Positions 52,849 through 63,016 of a stretch of 64,000 nucleotides of DNA are shown piece by piece. Position numbers and translations under genes: made by a program. The notes beneath the pieces were generated by a model. It was given only the letters and a program-made list of their open reading frames with translations, searched no databases and was not told the origin of the DNA. Position 1 is the first letter of the stretch. Each line of letters starts with the position of its first letter. The stretch comes from a virus. The DNA lies in the IMG/VR virus record IMGVR_UViG_3300045988_162176, positions 150,143-214,142 of that record. One strand, 5' to 3'.

Positions 52849-53124
52849 TTAAGCCTTTGCTACAGAAGAAAACTTAGCATAAGGAACACCGTCACGAGCG
52901 GGAATATCAATAGCCTCACCCGTTGCAGGATTGTGACCCTTGCGAGCATCACGATGTTTACCACCCACAGTCAAAACCGAACCAACCTTAACCGCATCGT
53001 TCTTAGCAATAACATCGAGGAGAACCTCGCTCATGCCCTTGATAACAGCGTCAATATCCTTCTTGGAAACATCCGCACAAGCCTCAGTGTCCTTAATAGC
53101 AGCAATAAATTCATTCTTAACCAT
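52849..53124 (-). CDS. HU-family DNA-binding protein
   Basis: MVKNEFIAAIKDTEACADVSKKDIDAVIKGMSEVLLDVI...GHNPATGEAIDIPARDGVPYAKFS fits the HU pattern. AAAGGAG RBS. Confidence 0.8.
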   Translation of the reverse strand: MVKNEFIAAIKDTEACADVSKKDIDAVIKGMSEVLLDVIAKNDAVKVGSVLTVGGKHRDARKGHNPATGEAIDIPARDGVPYAKFSSVAKA

Positions 53125-53218
53125 AATATTAAATACTCCTTTAAATCTTTTAAATTTTAATTTTTAAAATTACCTTTTAAAACCTTTATTTATCAAGGTT
53201 TCCCCTTGACTCGCTTTA

Positions 53219-53247
53219 TATATAACACAATTTTATATCTTTGTCAA
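53219..53247 (-). promoter_or_regulatory. Sigma70-like promoter for the HU gene
   Basis: On minus: cTTGACAAAGAT..., a 17-nt spacer, then TATATA. Confidence 0.55.
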
Positions 53248-53292
53248 GAGTTTTTCGAAAAATTTTTCCAAAAATTTTAGAAACAGTTTCTA

Positions 53293-53727
53293 TCAATCTT
53301 CAGTATAAGCTTCAACAACCTTATGGGGCTTATACCCACCCTTAGATTTGTTATTGCTCCAAATACCGAGCTCAAGCATAATCTTAGAAATCTTCTTGCA
53401 ACGATAAACGCCGTATGAATCTTGGAAACAAACAGCATTGACCTTATATTCACCCCAACGCTGAGTATTCGAATCATTCAAAATCTTCTTTTCAACAAGC
53501 TTGTTATACTGATTAACACTAATTCTCTGAAGATTCAAATCATCATACTTACCCAAGAAGAGCATAATTTCAGGTTCTTCAGCAACATAAATTGTCTTAT
53601 CACGACCTACATGTTCTCTATTAGTAACAGTATAATTCGCATCCTGTGGATTCAAACCAACCTGTCTATTCTTAAGAAGACCAACTCTCTCTAATTCTTT
53701 ACGCTCGTATTTAGAAACCTTAATCAT
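53293..53727 (-). CDS. Hypothetical protein
   Basis: Intact ORF with a TGA stop. Confidence 0.55.
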   Translation of the reverse strand: MIKVSKYERKELERVGLLKNRQVGLNPQDANYTVTNREHVGRDKTIYVAEEPEIMLFLGKYDDLNLQRISVNQYNKLVEKKILNDSNTQRWGEYKVNAVCFQDSYGVYRCKKISKIMLELGIWSNNKSKGGYKPHKVVEAYTED

Positions 53728-53872
53728 AAATTAATCAATCCTTTTTTATTTTTAAATTTGGAGAAATTTTATTCCTCTCTCCTTTTATTTTTTTACTGTT
53801 TTTTGAAAAATTGTCATTTTCGCCATATAAAATATGGGCTTATTTTTTATATTTTTTCGGAGGATACCCTTT

Positions 53873-54595
53873 TTAATTATTTAATAATAAACCGCCTTCG
53901 GTTGCATTGTAACCGTTATAATAACTGTTAAATTCTTTAATATAATACTTTTCCCAATAAGAAGCAGCTTCTTCACATATGTTTTCTTTTAATATATTAT
54001 GTTGAAAATTTTTCCATCCATATTTCTTAATAGCATTGTAAAATTTCTTTTGTTTGTAATAACCGCTGCCATTTTTCCAGCATTTAAAAGGGTCTTGTTG
54101 AGTTATACCAATATAACTTTTACCATTGGGAGAAATGTGTTGATAAACTATCCAATTACCTTTTTCATTGTTCCAATCTATACTGTTTTTAAACTTCAAA
54201 AGTTCTTTTGTTAAATTTACGCCCACTTTTGTAAAAGTGGAAGTAATAGTATGATATTCTCTAATGAAAAAATCTTTTTCTTCTTTTAATTCTTCTTCTG
54301 AAAATGGTTCGCTCTTTAAAAATGTTGTTTCTTTATAAATAAAAGAATTATACAGTTTAACATTATTAACAAAACCTCTTTTATATAGCGCTTCACAAAA
54401 AGCAGAATAACATTTTTCTTTTATTAAGTACAACTGCTTTTCAGATAAAGAATTATCATTCATTTTTAACATAAAAGATTTTGTTATTTTTAGCGACCCT
54501 ATCCATTTATACTGTATTATACATTCTTTTCTTTTAATGTCATCATATTCTTTTAATTTACCGATACATAAAAATAATAAATAATTATTTTTCAT
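53873..54595 (-). CDS. Protein with a C-terminal GIY-YIG nuclease domain
   Basis: NWIVYQHISPNGKSYIGIT...YNAIKKYGWKNFQHNIL...EKYYIKEF...GYNATEGG. Confidence 0.6.
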   Translation of the reverse strand: MKNNYLLFLCIGKLKEYDDIKRKECIIQYKWIGSLKITKSFMLKMNDNSLSEKQLYLIKEKCYSAFCEALYKRGFVNNVKLYNSFIYKETTFLKSEPFSEEELKEEKDFFIREYHTITSTFTKVGVNLTKELLKFKNSIDWNNEKGNWIVYQHISPNGKSYIGITQQDPFKCWKNGSGYYKQKKFYNAIKKYGWKNFQHNILKENICEEAASYWEKYYIKEFNSYYNGYNATEGGLLLNN

Positions 54596-55562
54596 CTTCT
54601 TTAATTTGATTGAAGCAATCTCGACATATAATGTCTGTTAATTTAGTATACTTGTTGATTTCTATTTCTTTTCCGCATTTTGAACATTTAACTTTTCTTA
54701 AATTTTCTCCCTCTTTAAAGATTTTCTTCTTACCAAGTAATTTTGCACAATCTTTACAATATTTAGGAGGTCTTCCTCTTTTTTCAGGGGCGTTCTTTTT
54801 TGTAAAAAATACTGTTTTCCCGCAATTCTTGCACTTGTAGCTCGGATATTTTTGACTTTTTATCCAATTTCCGCAATTATATAAATCGTCACCGCTTAAT
54901 AAAATTCTGTTTTTATCCGTAACAGGAATTTTAAATACATCATTGTCCATAAATTTAGGTATAATTCCTAAACCATGATTTATATCAATATATCCCATAT
55001 CATACAGCAAATTCCTTTCATTTTTTAAGGAAAAGCTAGCTGTTAAACCAGCATCTTGCTTAAATCTTTTTCGGTCTCTATCAGTCCAATAAATTCTATC
55101 TGGCTTTTCTAAATAATTTTCTTGAACTTTTACCCATACAAAAATAGTAAAAAGAAATTGTATTCTTCTTATATTCATGGGTTTCTTAGAAATCTTTACA
55201 TTTGACCTTCTGTTTTTTAAAGATTCCAACTCTTCTTGTGTTAGACTGGTTTCACTTAAATTTAAAAACCAGTCTAACACTTCTTCGGAAAATTCTATTT
55301 GCTTAATTTGTCTTAAGGGGTCTTCTTTTTTCCAAGCTTTTTCAAAAATGTTGTTAAAAGTCGCATAATGAACATTTTTGTTCCACCCTACAACATAGCG
55401 TTCACATTTTTCTTTGGCTTTTAATTTGGCTTCTGCTTTTTTATCCCCTTCAAGCTTATAATATCTAATAAGAAGAATTAAATCTCTTTTCCATTCTTTC
55501 TAAGAGAGACCTGACTATAATACATTTTTAATATAACCAACTTCATCATATATATCAATCAT
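54585..55562 (-). CDS. Hypothetical protein with C-terminal multi-CxxC zinc-ribbons; 2 in-frame TAG
   Basis: ATG at 55562 after GAAGGAG, overlapping the upstream TGA. CKNCGK...CKDCAK...CSKCGK...CRDC. Confidence 0.5.
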
Positions 55563-58416
55563 CTGTTATTTCTTCTCCTTCTAAATCGCTAACTAAATAT
55601 CTCTCTATAGAAAAATTATCATATAAAAATTTTAAAGAACCATTATCATTCTTTAAAGGATAATAAAAGCTAGTTGTTTTTTCTTTTAAATTTTCGTAAA
55701 TTTGTTTACCAGCAACAGCCCATAAAATATTCTTATTATAAGAGGGTTTATCGACATAAAATAAATATACTAAATGATTAGCCAATTGCTCAGAATTTGA
55801 ACAAATATCTTCTAATTCATTTTTTAGATTTTGATATAAAATTTCTCTATCAAGATTTTCTTGAAAACCTACTCTTGTAACCATATTTGAGTAAATTTGC
55901 TTTCTTTTTTCTTCCCAGCTCTTAACTGTGTTGACAACTTTTTCTAGAATTTGCTGATATAAAGCTCTGTTTAAAACAAAGTCTTTACTCTGTAAAGATT
56001 TATAATCAAAATCTCCATTTGACTTTATCTTTTTCTTAATTTGAAAATCTATACTTTCTATATATTTACAAATTTTATTCATTACACAAGGAGAATCTAT
56101 AACTGGGTAATAATAATGATAGTAATTTATAAAGTATTTTTGCTCTTGAGTTAATTCGTCTTCTTTTTTAATTAAAAGTTCATCCAATGTCATTGCAAAT
56201 CTAATTTGACAATCCTCATTGCTCTTGTTAATAAAATCTCTTAACTCTTTATTGGTTTTATTATATTTATATTTAAAGAAATAAGGCTTTTTCTCGGCTA
56301 AGATTCTATTGTAAAAATCTTTCTTTTCTTTTTCTTCTAAACTTTCGTCTTTAGTGTGATGCTGATATTGTTTCCAAATAGTTGCTTCAGCCTTAACATT
56401 TTCGCCAATCTTCGTCTTATCAATCTAGCGGCTCTAGCTGCCACAGCACATTTTAACTCTGTCTTCGAGCAAATTTCTTTCAGGTGTTCCCTTTTCAAAA
56501 TTTGCGATTAAAGCGCAAAATGTTGTTGAAACATTAGTAATTTGACCAATTCTTGTACCAAAACTAAAAGTGTCAGTAAAAAATAAATCATCTTCTGTAA
56601 ATATTTTCTTATGAGGCTTTTTAGGCTGATAGGTAACTACTCTTTGATTAGGAAATTTACCATTGATAACTTCTGGCCTCACCAAATTTGCTGCAATATC
56701 CATGTCAAAATCGCTCCCAGAGAAATTCATTGTGTAAATACCATGAATATTAGTTATCATACCAGTATAAGAAAACTTAAAATATTTTTCTATTTTTCTA
56801 ACAACTTCTTCATCAGACATTCCCATATTTCTGTCAATTACTTCCTCAGAAGAAAAATTGTAACGATAATCTTTATCAAGTTTATATTTATTCTTTGCTA
56901 TATACCATTCACTAAAATGAGTCATTGGACTTCTTGCACAGGCAATTCTTTCCTCATCCTTTTTAGCCCAATAATTCATATAAAATTCCCGTTCTTTAAG
57001 TAAGCCTGTTACTTTTTGACCAGTAATCCATTGCATTAAACCGTAAGAATCTGGCACAATAACACTAAAATTTCCTTCGCAATTTATTTTACCTAAACAA
57101 GCAAGCTGAATTCTTTTTGCAATTAAATCTCTAATTTTTTCTTTAGAGTATTTATCGTTAATTAAAGTTTGATTGAGAATTAAACTTTTCAGCCAATAAT
57201 CTTCACTATTGCTCATAAATTTAGAAATTCGCTCTTTATCATAGCTATCTCCCATTAAATATAAAAGTGTATAGTAAACATTATCTCCGCTTACGCCAGA
57301 AATATAGTCTACCGTGTCTTGGCATAAAGTTTTAATATCTTCGTCAGATAAATTTAATGTCTGCAAGAATTGATAGTTCATGGTAAGAACTTTTTTATCT
57401 TCTCTTGGAGTGTATTTAGTTACTCCAAAATAAATTCCGTTCTTATCTCCATTTTCTTCCAAACTTTCCTGAGAATCCCAACTATCCCATAGTTTAACTT
57501 GACCTTCTGTAAGAATAACATCTATTTCTCTCAGGTCTCGAATTTTACCGTAAACATCTTTGATTAAATAATTACCATTATTTTCTTCTTTACACCATTC
57601 TATAAAATCAAATTCGTTTACCATTCCTTTAGTAAACGCATATCTAATACAGAATTGACAAGGAGTGTAATCTTCACCAAGGTCTTTTCCCCATTGTTCA
57701 GCCATTTGAGGACTGATTAAACCAGAACCATCAAATCTATTAAATTCAATGTCAATTGTCCTTGGTTCTATAATGTCATCTTGGTCTATTGGTTGTTCAA
57801 TAATAAAGTCAACATCAACCATTTTATTTTCTAAATAATCAGGAACAACACAAAAACGGGGTTTTGTTACTTCTTTAGTCGCACTTGAATATAAACCAAA
57901 ATATGCATTATATTTACTAGGAGCTAATGGATGATTTAAATCCCTTCCATTATCAAGTCTTCTCTTTAATTCTGTTTTTATGGTTTCTTCACAAAAAACA
58001 ACCGTGCTAACTCTTGCTTGAGAAGCAGAGCAAGAAAGCCTTTTGTAAGTTTTTCCATTGAATACAAAACCTTTTTTATAAATCTTTTCATATTCCTTTA
58101 CACTATCCATTGTAACAGTAATATACTCAGGAATATACATCATATTATAAATTTTGCTTTGTAATTCTTTTACTTTTTCACGATTTGTTTTGCTATTTTT
58201 CTTTCTCTTTAATCTATCTCTTTCAGAGTACCATTCTTCAAGCTGTACTCTATCAATCTTCTAACCAGTTATATCACGAATACTCTTTAGCATTTGACTA
58301 TCTGCTAAAGAAACAATTAGATTGCTCTTTAAACAATCTTGAAAACTAATGTCTAAATTATAGCCGTTTTCTTTAATTAATGCACTGTTAAGCTTAACGG
58401 TGTAAAATAAACGCAC
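55555..58416 (-). CDS. YonO / eukaryotic-RdRP-like single-subunit two-barrel RNA polymerase; 3 in-frame TAG
   Basis: GTG at 58416 after GAAGGAAGG. Fragments 56434-58143 and 55555-56193 are in frame. DFDMD at 56698-56712 within NFSGSDFDMDIA. Upstream lie ARSPMTHFSEW and QFCIRYAFTKGMV (57619-57657). Confidence 0.65.
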
Positions 58417-58441
58417 TTAGTTACCTTCCTTCGCTGGAATT

Positions 58442-59158
58442 TTAAATAATTTGACTAACCTCGGTAATCATATCCATAATATCAAAACCATCAAGGTCAA
58501 TATCTTCAATATCTAATTTTGTTATAAATTCTAAAATTTCAAAAACTTGCGAAATATTATCTACAATATATAAATTTTCAAGGTTCTCCGTTTCAACTTT
58601 AGGTCGATTAAATCTTGTCTCTTTTCCATTCCTTACAAGAATCTTTAAATCTGCATCAGTTCTATTAAGAAAACTATAATTATCATCAATTTGAATCCGT
58701 CCTAACATATGGACATCTTCTTTCTTCTCTCCATGACCTAATCCAAAATACCGCCATTTCGATTCGTTGCGTTTAAAAAACGGAATCTTATTTAAGTAAT
58801 CAAGTTTTTTCTTTAATGATTCTTTTGAGCCTTTTGTAAGTAATATCCAATTATATTGTTGCCAAATTCCTCTTTCATCATTTTCAGAATCTTCTAAAAC
58901 TTTCATTAGTGCTTCATTTGGTTTGACTGATGACCAAAACTCTTCTGATTCATAGATTTCACTAACTTGTTCTTTAGTTAAATTTCTATAAATACTTTTA
59001 TATCCCCAGTCAACCAAATCATCTAAAGTCTTATTTAAACCATATCGCTAATTTAAAATAGCTACTACTGCTACTGAACTATCTAACAAAACATCATCTA
59101 CATCTAAAAAAATTGTCCTCTTATTAAGGTCTATATCTATATTTTTTACAATCTCCAT
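58442..59158 (-). CDS. HAD-superfamily hydrolase (5'-nucleotidase-like); 1 in-frame TAG
   Basis: IFLDVDDVLLDS is the DxDxV motif. The start is uncertain: the frame stays open through a TAG up to an ATG near 59271. Confidence 0.5.
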
Positions 59159-59300
59159 CGGTTGCTTTAATGTATTCATCTATGCTTTTGCATTGCTTTT
59201 TTGCTTAAGAATTATACATTGTTGTACCTCTCTTTCTATATTTTTATCGGATAAATTCACAATTCTCATTGGTATTAATCCGCTTTTCTTTTATGTCTGA

Positions 59301-59329
59301 ATTGTAACACATGTTTCTATTTCTGTCAA
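59301..59329 (-). promoter_or_regulatory. Sigma70-like promoter heading the minus-strand block
   Basis: On minus: TTGACA, 17 nt, TACAAT. Confidence 0.6.
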
Positions 59330-59367
59330 CTATTTCTGAAAATTTTTTAATAGCGTTCATAAAACCC

Positions 59368-59397
59368 TTGACTTTTCTATGTTTATTATGTTATACT
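59368..59397 (+). promoter_or_regulatory. Sigma70-like promoter (plus strand)
   Basis: TTGACT, 18 nt, TATACT. Confidence 0.45.
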
Positions 59398-59403
59398 CTT
59401 GCA

Positions 59404-59646
59404 AGGAAGGATACTCAAAATTAAAAAAGTCAATTCTACTCATACAGAATTTTTTCGATGTCGTTAGTTTTGTAAAAAGTACTCATACATTTCCATATTT
59501 TTAAAAAATACTTCAGACACCAGTGATTTTAAGGGTTTTTTCGCCGTCCTTAGTGACTTACAGAATATAGACTAAATAATATAAAAGAAAGACTATACAC
59601 CCGCGCATTATCATGCTTGGGTGTGCAATGCACCTTTTTTCTTTAT
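59404..59646 (+). ncRNA. Candidate small RNA between a promoter and a terminator-like hairpin
   Basis: No ORF. The 3' end has CACCCGCGCAT-TATC-ATGCTTGGGTG, a small GGTGT/GCACC stem and T6. Contains repeated TACTCATACA boxes. Confidence 0.3.
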
Positions 59647-59684
59647 TTTTTCTATATTTTTAAAGAATTTTTGAGAGAAAAGAC

Positions 59685-59713
59685 TTGACAAAATTAAAAA
59701 TATATGCTACATT
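59685..59713 (+). promoter_or_regulatory. Sigma70-like promoter of the plus-strand module
   Basis: cTTGACAAAATT..., a 17-nt spacer, then TACATT. Confidence 0.55.
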
Positions 59714-59756
59714 ATTTTTGAAAAATTGAATTGACCTATAAAGGTGTGAATATAAT

Positions 59757-60536
59757 TTGGAAGAGACTAATCAAAATCAAATCAGTTCTCCTTTTGTTAA
59801 AATTCCAAATGGTGTAATTGAACTTTCTAATACTGTTAATTCATATACTTGTCTTACTTATTTGTTTTTAGCTATTAATAAGAATATGCTTGGAAAAGTA
59901 AATAGTAGTGTTTTATTTTTAGAAGAATGTTATATAGATGATAGTATAGAAAATCAAAAAACTAAAGCTTCTAAAATTAGTAAAATACTTTCTTGTTTGT
60001 ATTTACTTTCTAATACTGTAATAAATAGCAAAAAAGAAATTATATGCGATTCCATTATTGATATTCCTAAATATGGAGATTACTTTAATCATTGTGAATT
60101 TCAAGTAGAAGAAGCTATAGAATTAATAGAAAAAGAAAAACAAAAACTCTTAACAAAATATCAAAGATTTCCTCAATATATGCTTTCTATTAAAGTAGAT
60201 AATGATGATATTAATGGTAAATTTACTATTCTTACTATTGAAGATTATTTGGCTATTATGTCTTATTGTTTAAAAGAAAACCATAAGGAAAAATTAAAAA
60301 TTGATAGCTTACTTAACACTTATCTTTTAATTAAAATGAAAGTAAATAGAAATCAGGCTCTTAACAAAGCTTTCCCTCATGGTTGGGAAAACAAAGAATA
60401 TATTGCTTTAACCAAACTTGAACAATTAAGTTCTTTATCTTCTGTTACCCTAAGAAAATATCTTAATGCTTTATTAGAATTGAATCTTATTGAGAAATGT
60501 ATTGTTAAGAAAAAAGTCGTTTTTAGGCTTAAATGA
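59757..60536 (+). CDS. Hypothetical protein with a winged-helix-like C-terminus
   Basis: TTG start 11 nt after AAAGGTG. ...SSVTLRKYLNALLELNLIEK. TGA stop. No in-frame TAG. Confidence 0.55.
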   Translation: MEETNQNQISSPFVKIPNGVIELSNTVNSYTCLTYLFLAINKNMLGKVNSSVLFLEECYIDDSIENQKTKASKISKILSCLYLLSNTVINSKKEIICDSIIDIPKYGDYFNHCEFQVEEAIELIEKEKQKLLTKYQRFPQYMLSIKVDNDDINGKFTILTIEDYLAIMSYCLKENHKEKLKIDSLLNTYLLIKMKVNRNQALNKAFPHGWENKEYIALTKLEQLSSLSSVTLRKYLNALLELNLIEKCIVKKKVVFRLK

Positions 60537-60598
60537 TATGCTAATTATTGAATTTTAAATCAAATTAAAAAATACTTGAATAGAGGTAAAAATTAATT

Positions 60599-61240
60599 AT
60601 GACCTGTATCGTTGGTTTTACTGATAAGAAAAACAATATTACTTGGATTGGTGCTGATAGCCTTGGTAGTAATGGCTATACTCAAGATGTTGAATCTAAT
60701 CCTAAAGTATTTAGAAACACCACTTTGAAAAATGTTGTTATGGGTAGTACTTCTACTTTTAGACATATTGATTTGCTTAAATATAGTAAGACATTATTTC
60801 CTGAGATTGATAAGTACAAAATTCCTTCTGGTGAAACTAAGGTGAACCATGAATATATGGTTACTACTTTTGTTCCTAATATTATTACCCTTTTTGAAAA
60901 TGGTATTAAAGATAGTGGAGACAAAGGGGGTAATTTTTTAGTAGGTATTGATGGAAAACTTTATGAAATCCAGAATGACTATTCTGTACTTGAACCTTTA
61001 GCTGGTTATTCTGCTGTTGGTTGTGGTGAAGTAACTGCTAAAGGTAGTCTTTATGCTACTACTAAATATATGAAAGATTTTACTCCTGAACAGCATATTC
61101 TTACTGCTCTTGAAGCTGCTGAAAAGAATTGTTGCGGTGTCCAAAGACCCTTTGTTATTCTTAATACTAAGAATGAAGATATTGTTATTGTTGGATTAGA
61201 TGGTAAAAGAGAAGTTATTAAGAAAGGTAAAAAGTTATGA
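60599..61240 (+). CDS. Proteasome/HslV-like Ntn-hydrolase
   Basis: MTCIVGFTDKKNNITWIGADSLGSNG parallels HslV MTTIVSVRRNG..VIAGDGQ. AVGCGEVTAKGSLYA parallels AIGSGG..A..AA. Confidence 0.55.
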   Translation: MTCIVGFTDKKNNITWIGADSLGSNGYTQDVESNPKVFRNTTLKNVVMGSTSTFRHIDLLKYSKTLFPEIDKYKIPSGETKVNHEYMVTTFVPNIITLFENGIKDSGDKGGNFLVGIDGKLYEIQNDYSVLEPLAGYSAVGCGEVTAKGSLYATTKYMKDFTPEQHILTALEAAEKNCCGVQRPFVILNTKNEDIVIVGLDGKREVIKKGKKL

Positions 61241-61575
61241 TGAATTATTTAGATTTTTGTGAAGAACTTTTTGATAAATTAACTCAAAATATTAGTCAAG
61301 ATTATTCTGATTCTTACCTTTTTGGTTTTAATAATTTAATTGACTGTAATTGGACAAGGGGAGATGGATTTACTTTTACTTTTAAGATTCCTACTCTTAA
61401 TGGTTTGATTTTTCATGAACATTTAGATGAATCCTTTATTTATGAAAAGTTGTTTATTCCTTGTGTTTACAATCTTAGTCAGCCAGCTTGGAAAACAATT
61501 TCTTATTTTATTTCTAATACAATAAAACAAGATTTTCTTAAACATTTAACAAAAGATTGGGTGTTTCCATTATAA
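61237..61575 (+). CDS. Hypothetical protein
   Basis: Intact ORF overlapping the upstream stop (ATGA). Confidence 0.5.
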   Translation: MMNYLDFCEELFDKLTQNISQDYSDSYLFGFNNLIDCNWTRGDGFTFTFKIPTLNGLIFHEHLDESFIYEKLFIPCVYNLSQPAWKTISYFISNTIKQDFLKHLTKDWVFPL

Positions 61576-61623
61576 ATAACAGTTTAAAATTTTTATCTGT
61601 GAATTTTACAAGGAGAGAAAATT

Positions 61624-62190
61624 ATGTCTTATTTTAAAGTTTATATTATAAATGGTTCGGGTGGGTCTGGCAAAGATACTTTTTGTAATTTGGTTTGGAC
61701 AGCTATGAATAATTTTGACCCTCATTGTCTTGTTCATACATACCATACTTCTGCTCCTGCTAAAAAGTGGGCTTCTTTAATGGGTTGGGATGAAGAAACT
61801 AAGCGACCTATGGATAGACGATTCCTTTGTGAATTAAAAGATATGCTTGATTATTGGGATAATGTAACTTATAAATATCTCAAAGAAAAAATTGAAGGAG
61901 TATTATACAATTATACCACCTTTGATAGAAAAATTTTATTTTTACATGCAAGAGAAGATAAAGATATTACATGGATTAAAGAATATTGTTGTAAAAAAGG
62001 AATTTATTGTAAAACAATTAAAGTCAATAGAAAAGTTTTAAATGAAAATAGTAAATATGGTAATCATGCTGATGATGATGTAAGTAAGTCAGGAATTGCT
62101 TATGATTACGTTATTGACAATAATGGAACAAAAGTTGATTTGACAAAAGAAGTCTATAATTTTATATATAAAGAGGATTTATTTAGATGA
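61624..62190 (+). CDS. P-loop kinase, dNMP-kinase-like
   Basis: YIINGSGGSGKDTF is a Walker A motif of the phage dNMP kinase type. AAGGAGAG RBS. Confidence 0.5.
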   Translation: MSYFKVYIINGSGGSGKDTFCNLVWTAMNNFDPHCLVHTYHTSAPAKKWASLMGWDEETKRPMDRRFLCELKDMLDYWDNVTYKYLKEKIEGVLYNYTTFDRKILFLHAREDKDITWIKEYCCKKGIYCKTIKVNRKVLNENSKYGNHADDDVSKSGIAYDYVIDNNGTKVDLTKEVYNFIYKEDLFR

Positions 62191-63014
62191 AAAATAAGCA
62201 TGAAAGTAAAATTAAATATGAAGCTAAAGGTAATCCTTATTTAGTTATGTCCAAAAAGGACGAATTTGGTCAAAAACATCAATATTTTTATAAATTAGAA
62301 AATCTTGAACAATTATATAATATTCCAACAGATAATCTGAAAAATGGTGATATTGCTGTTGTTAAAAAGAATAATAGTTTTGTTAAATTTATGTGGATAG
62401 TTGATGATGATTGGAATTATGAAAACTGGGTTTCTTGCGGAAAACTTAATTGGAAATCTAAAGAAAAAATTAAAAGTGAGACTGAAAATATGAATGAAAA
62501 AAATATGACTGATGAAAAACTTGTTCCTTTCCGTGAAATGACTTGTGAACAAATAAAGAAACAGTATCCTAATCTTAATATGTTATATGAACATTGTTGG
62601 GTAAAAGAATTAAATTTGATTTTGGATTATTGTGATATCAAGTTTACTTCCAAAAGTGAAACTAATCGTGAAGCAACAATTATTATTAAATTAAAAAGTA
62701 ATCTTATTAATCGCAATGAAAGTGTAACTATTTCAGCTAATATTTGGGGAAATTATGATAGAGAAGTTGGTAAAAAAGTTTATTATACCGATATCTTTGT
62801 AGAAGAAATTCATGGTAGTTGTACTTTAGCAATGCTTAGATTAATTGATGCTACTTGTGATACTCTTGAAAAAATGTTTGAAAATCTTAACTTGGATAAT
62901 ACCTATGGTGGAGATTACGCTAGAATTTACCACATCTTTGATAGTTTTAAGTTGTATCAGAATAGTGAATGCAGTGATGATAATGATTGTGATTGCGATG
63001 ATGAAGGTATGTAA
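62187..63014 (+). CDS. Hypothetical protein with an acidic Cys-rich tail
   Basis: Intact ORF overlapping the upstream stop. Confidence 0.5.
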   Translation: MKNKHESKIKYEAKGNPYLVMSKKDEFGQKHQYFYKLENLEQLYNIPTDNLKNGDIAVVKKNNSFVKFMWIVDDDWNYENWVSCGKLNWKSKEKIKSETENMNEKNMTDEKLVPFREMTCEQIKKQYPNLNMLYEHCWVKELNLILDYCDIKFTSKSETNREATIIIKLKSNLINRNESVTISANIWGNYDREVGKKVYYTDIFVEEIHGSCTLAMLRLIDATCDTLEKMFENLNLDNTYGGDYARIYHIFDSFKLYQNSECSDDNDCDCDDEGM

Positions 63015-63016
63015 AA

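Noticed and set aside
59247-59360. 38-codon minus-strand ORF (MNAIKKFSEIVDRNRN...)
   Set aside because: It has a weak RBS, overlaps the predicted minus-strand promoter, and has no recognisable features.
59731-59756. TTGACC ... TATAAT promoter immediately before the 59757 start codon
   Set aside because: The spacer is only 14 nt and the -10 would abut the start codon, leaving no room for the RBS. The promoter at 59685-59713 explains expression better.
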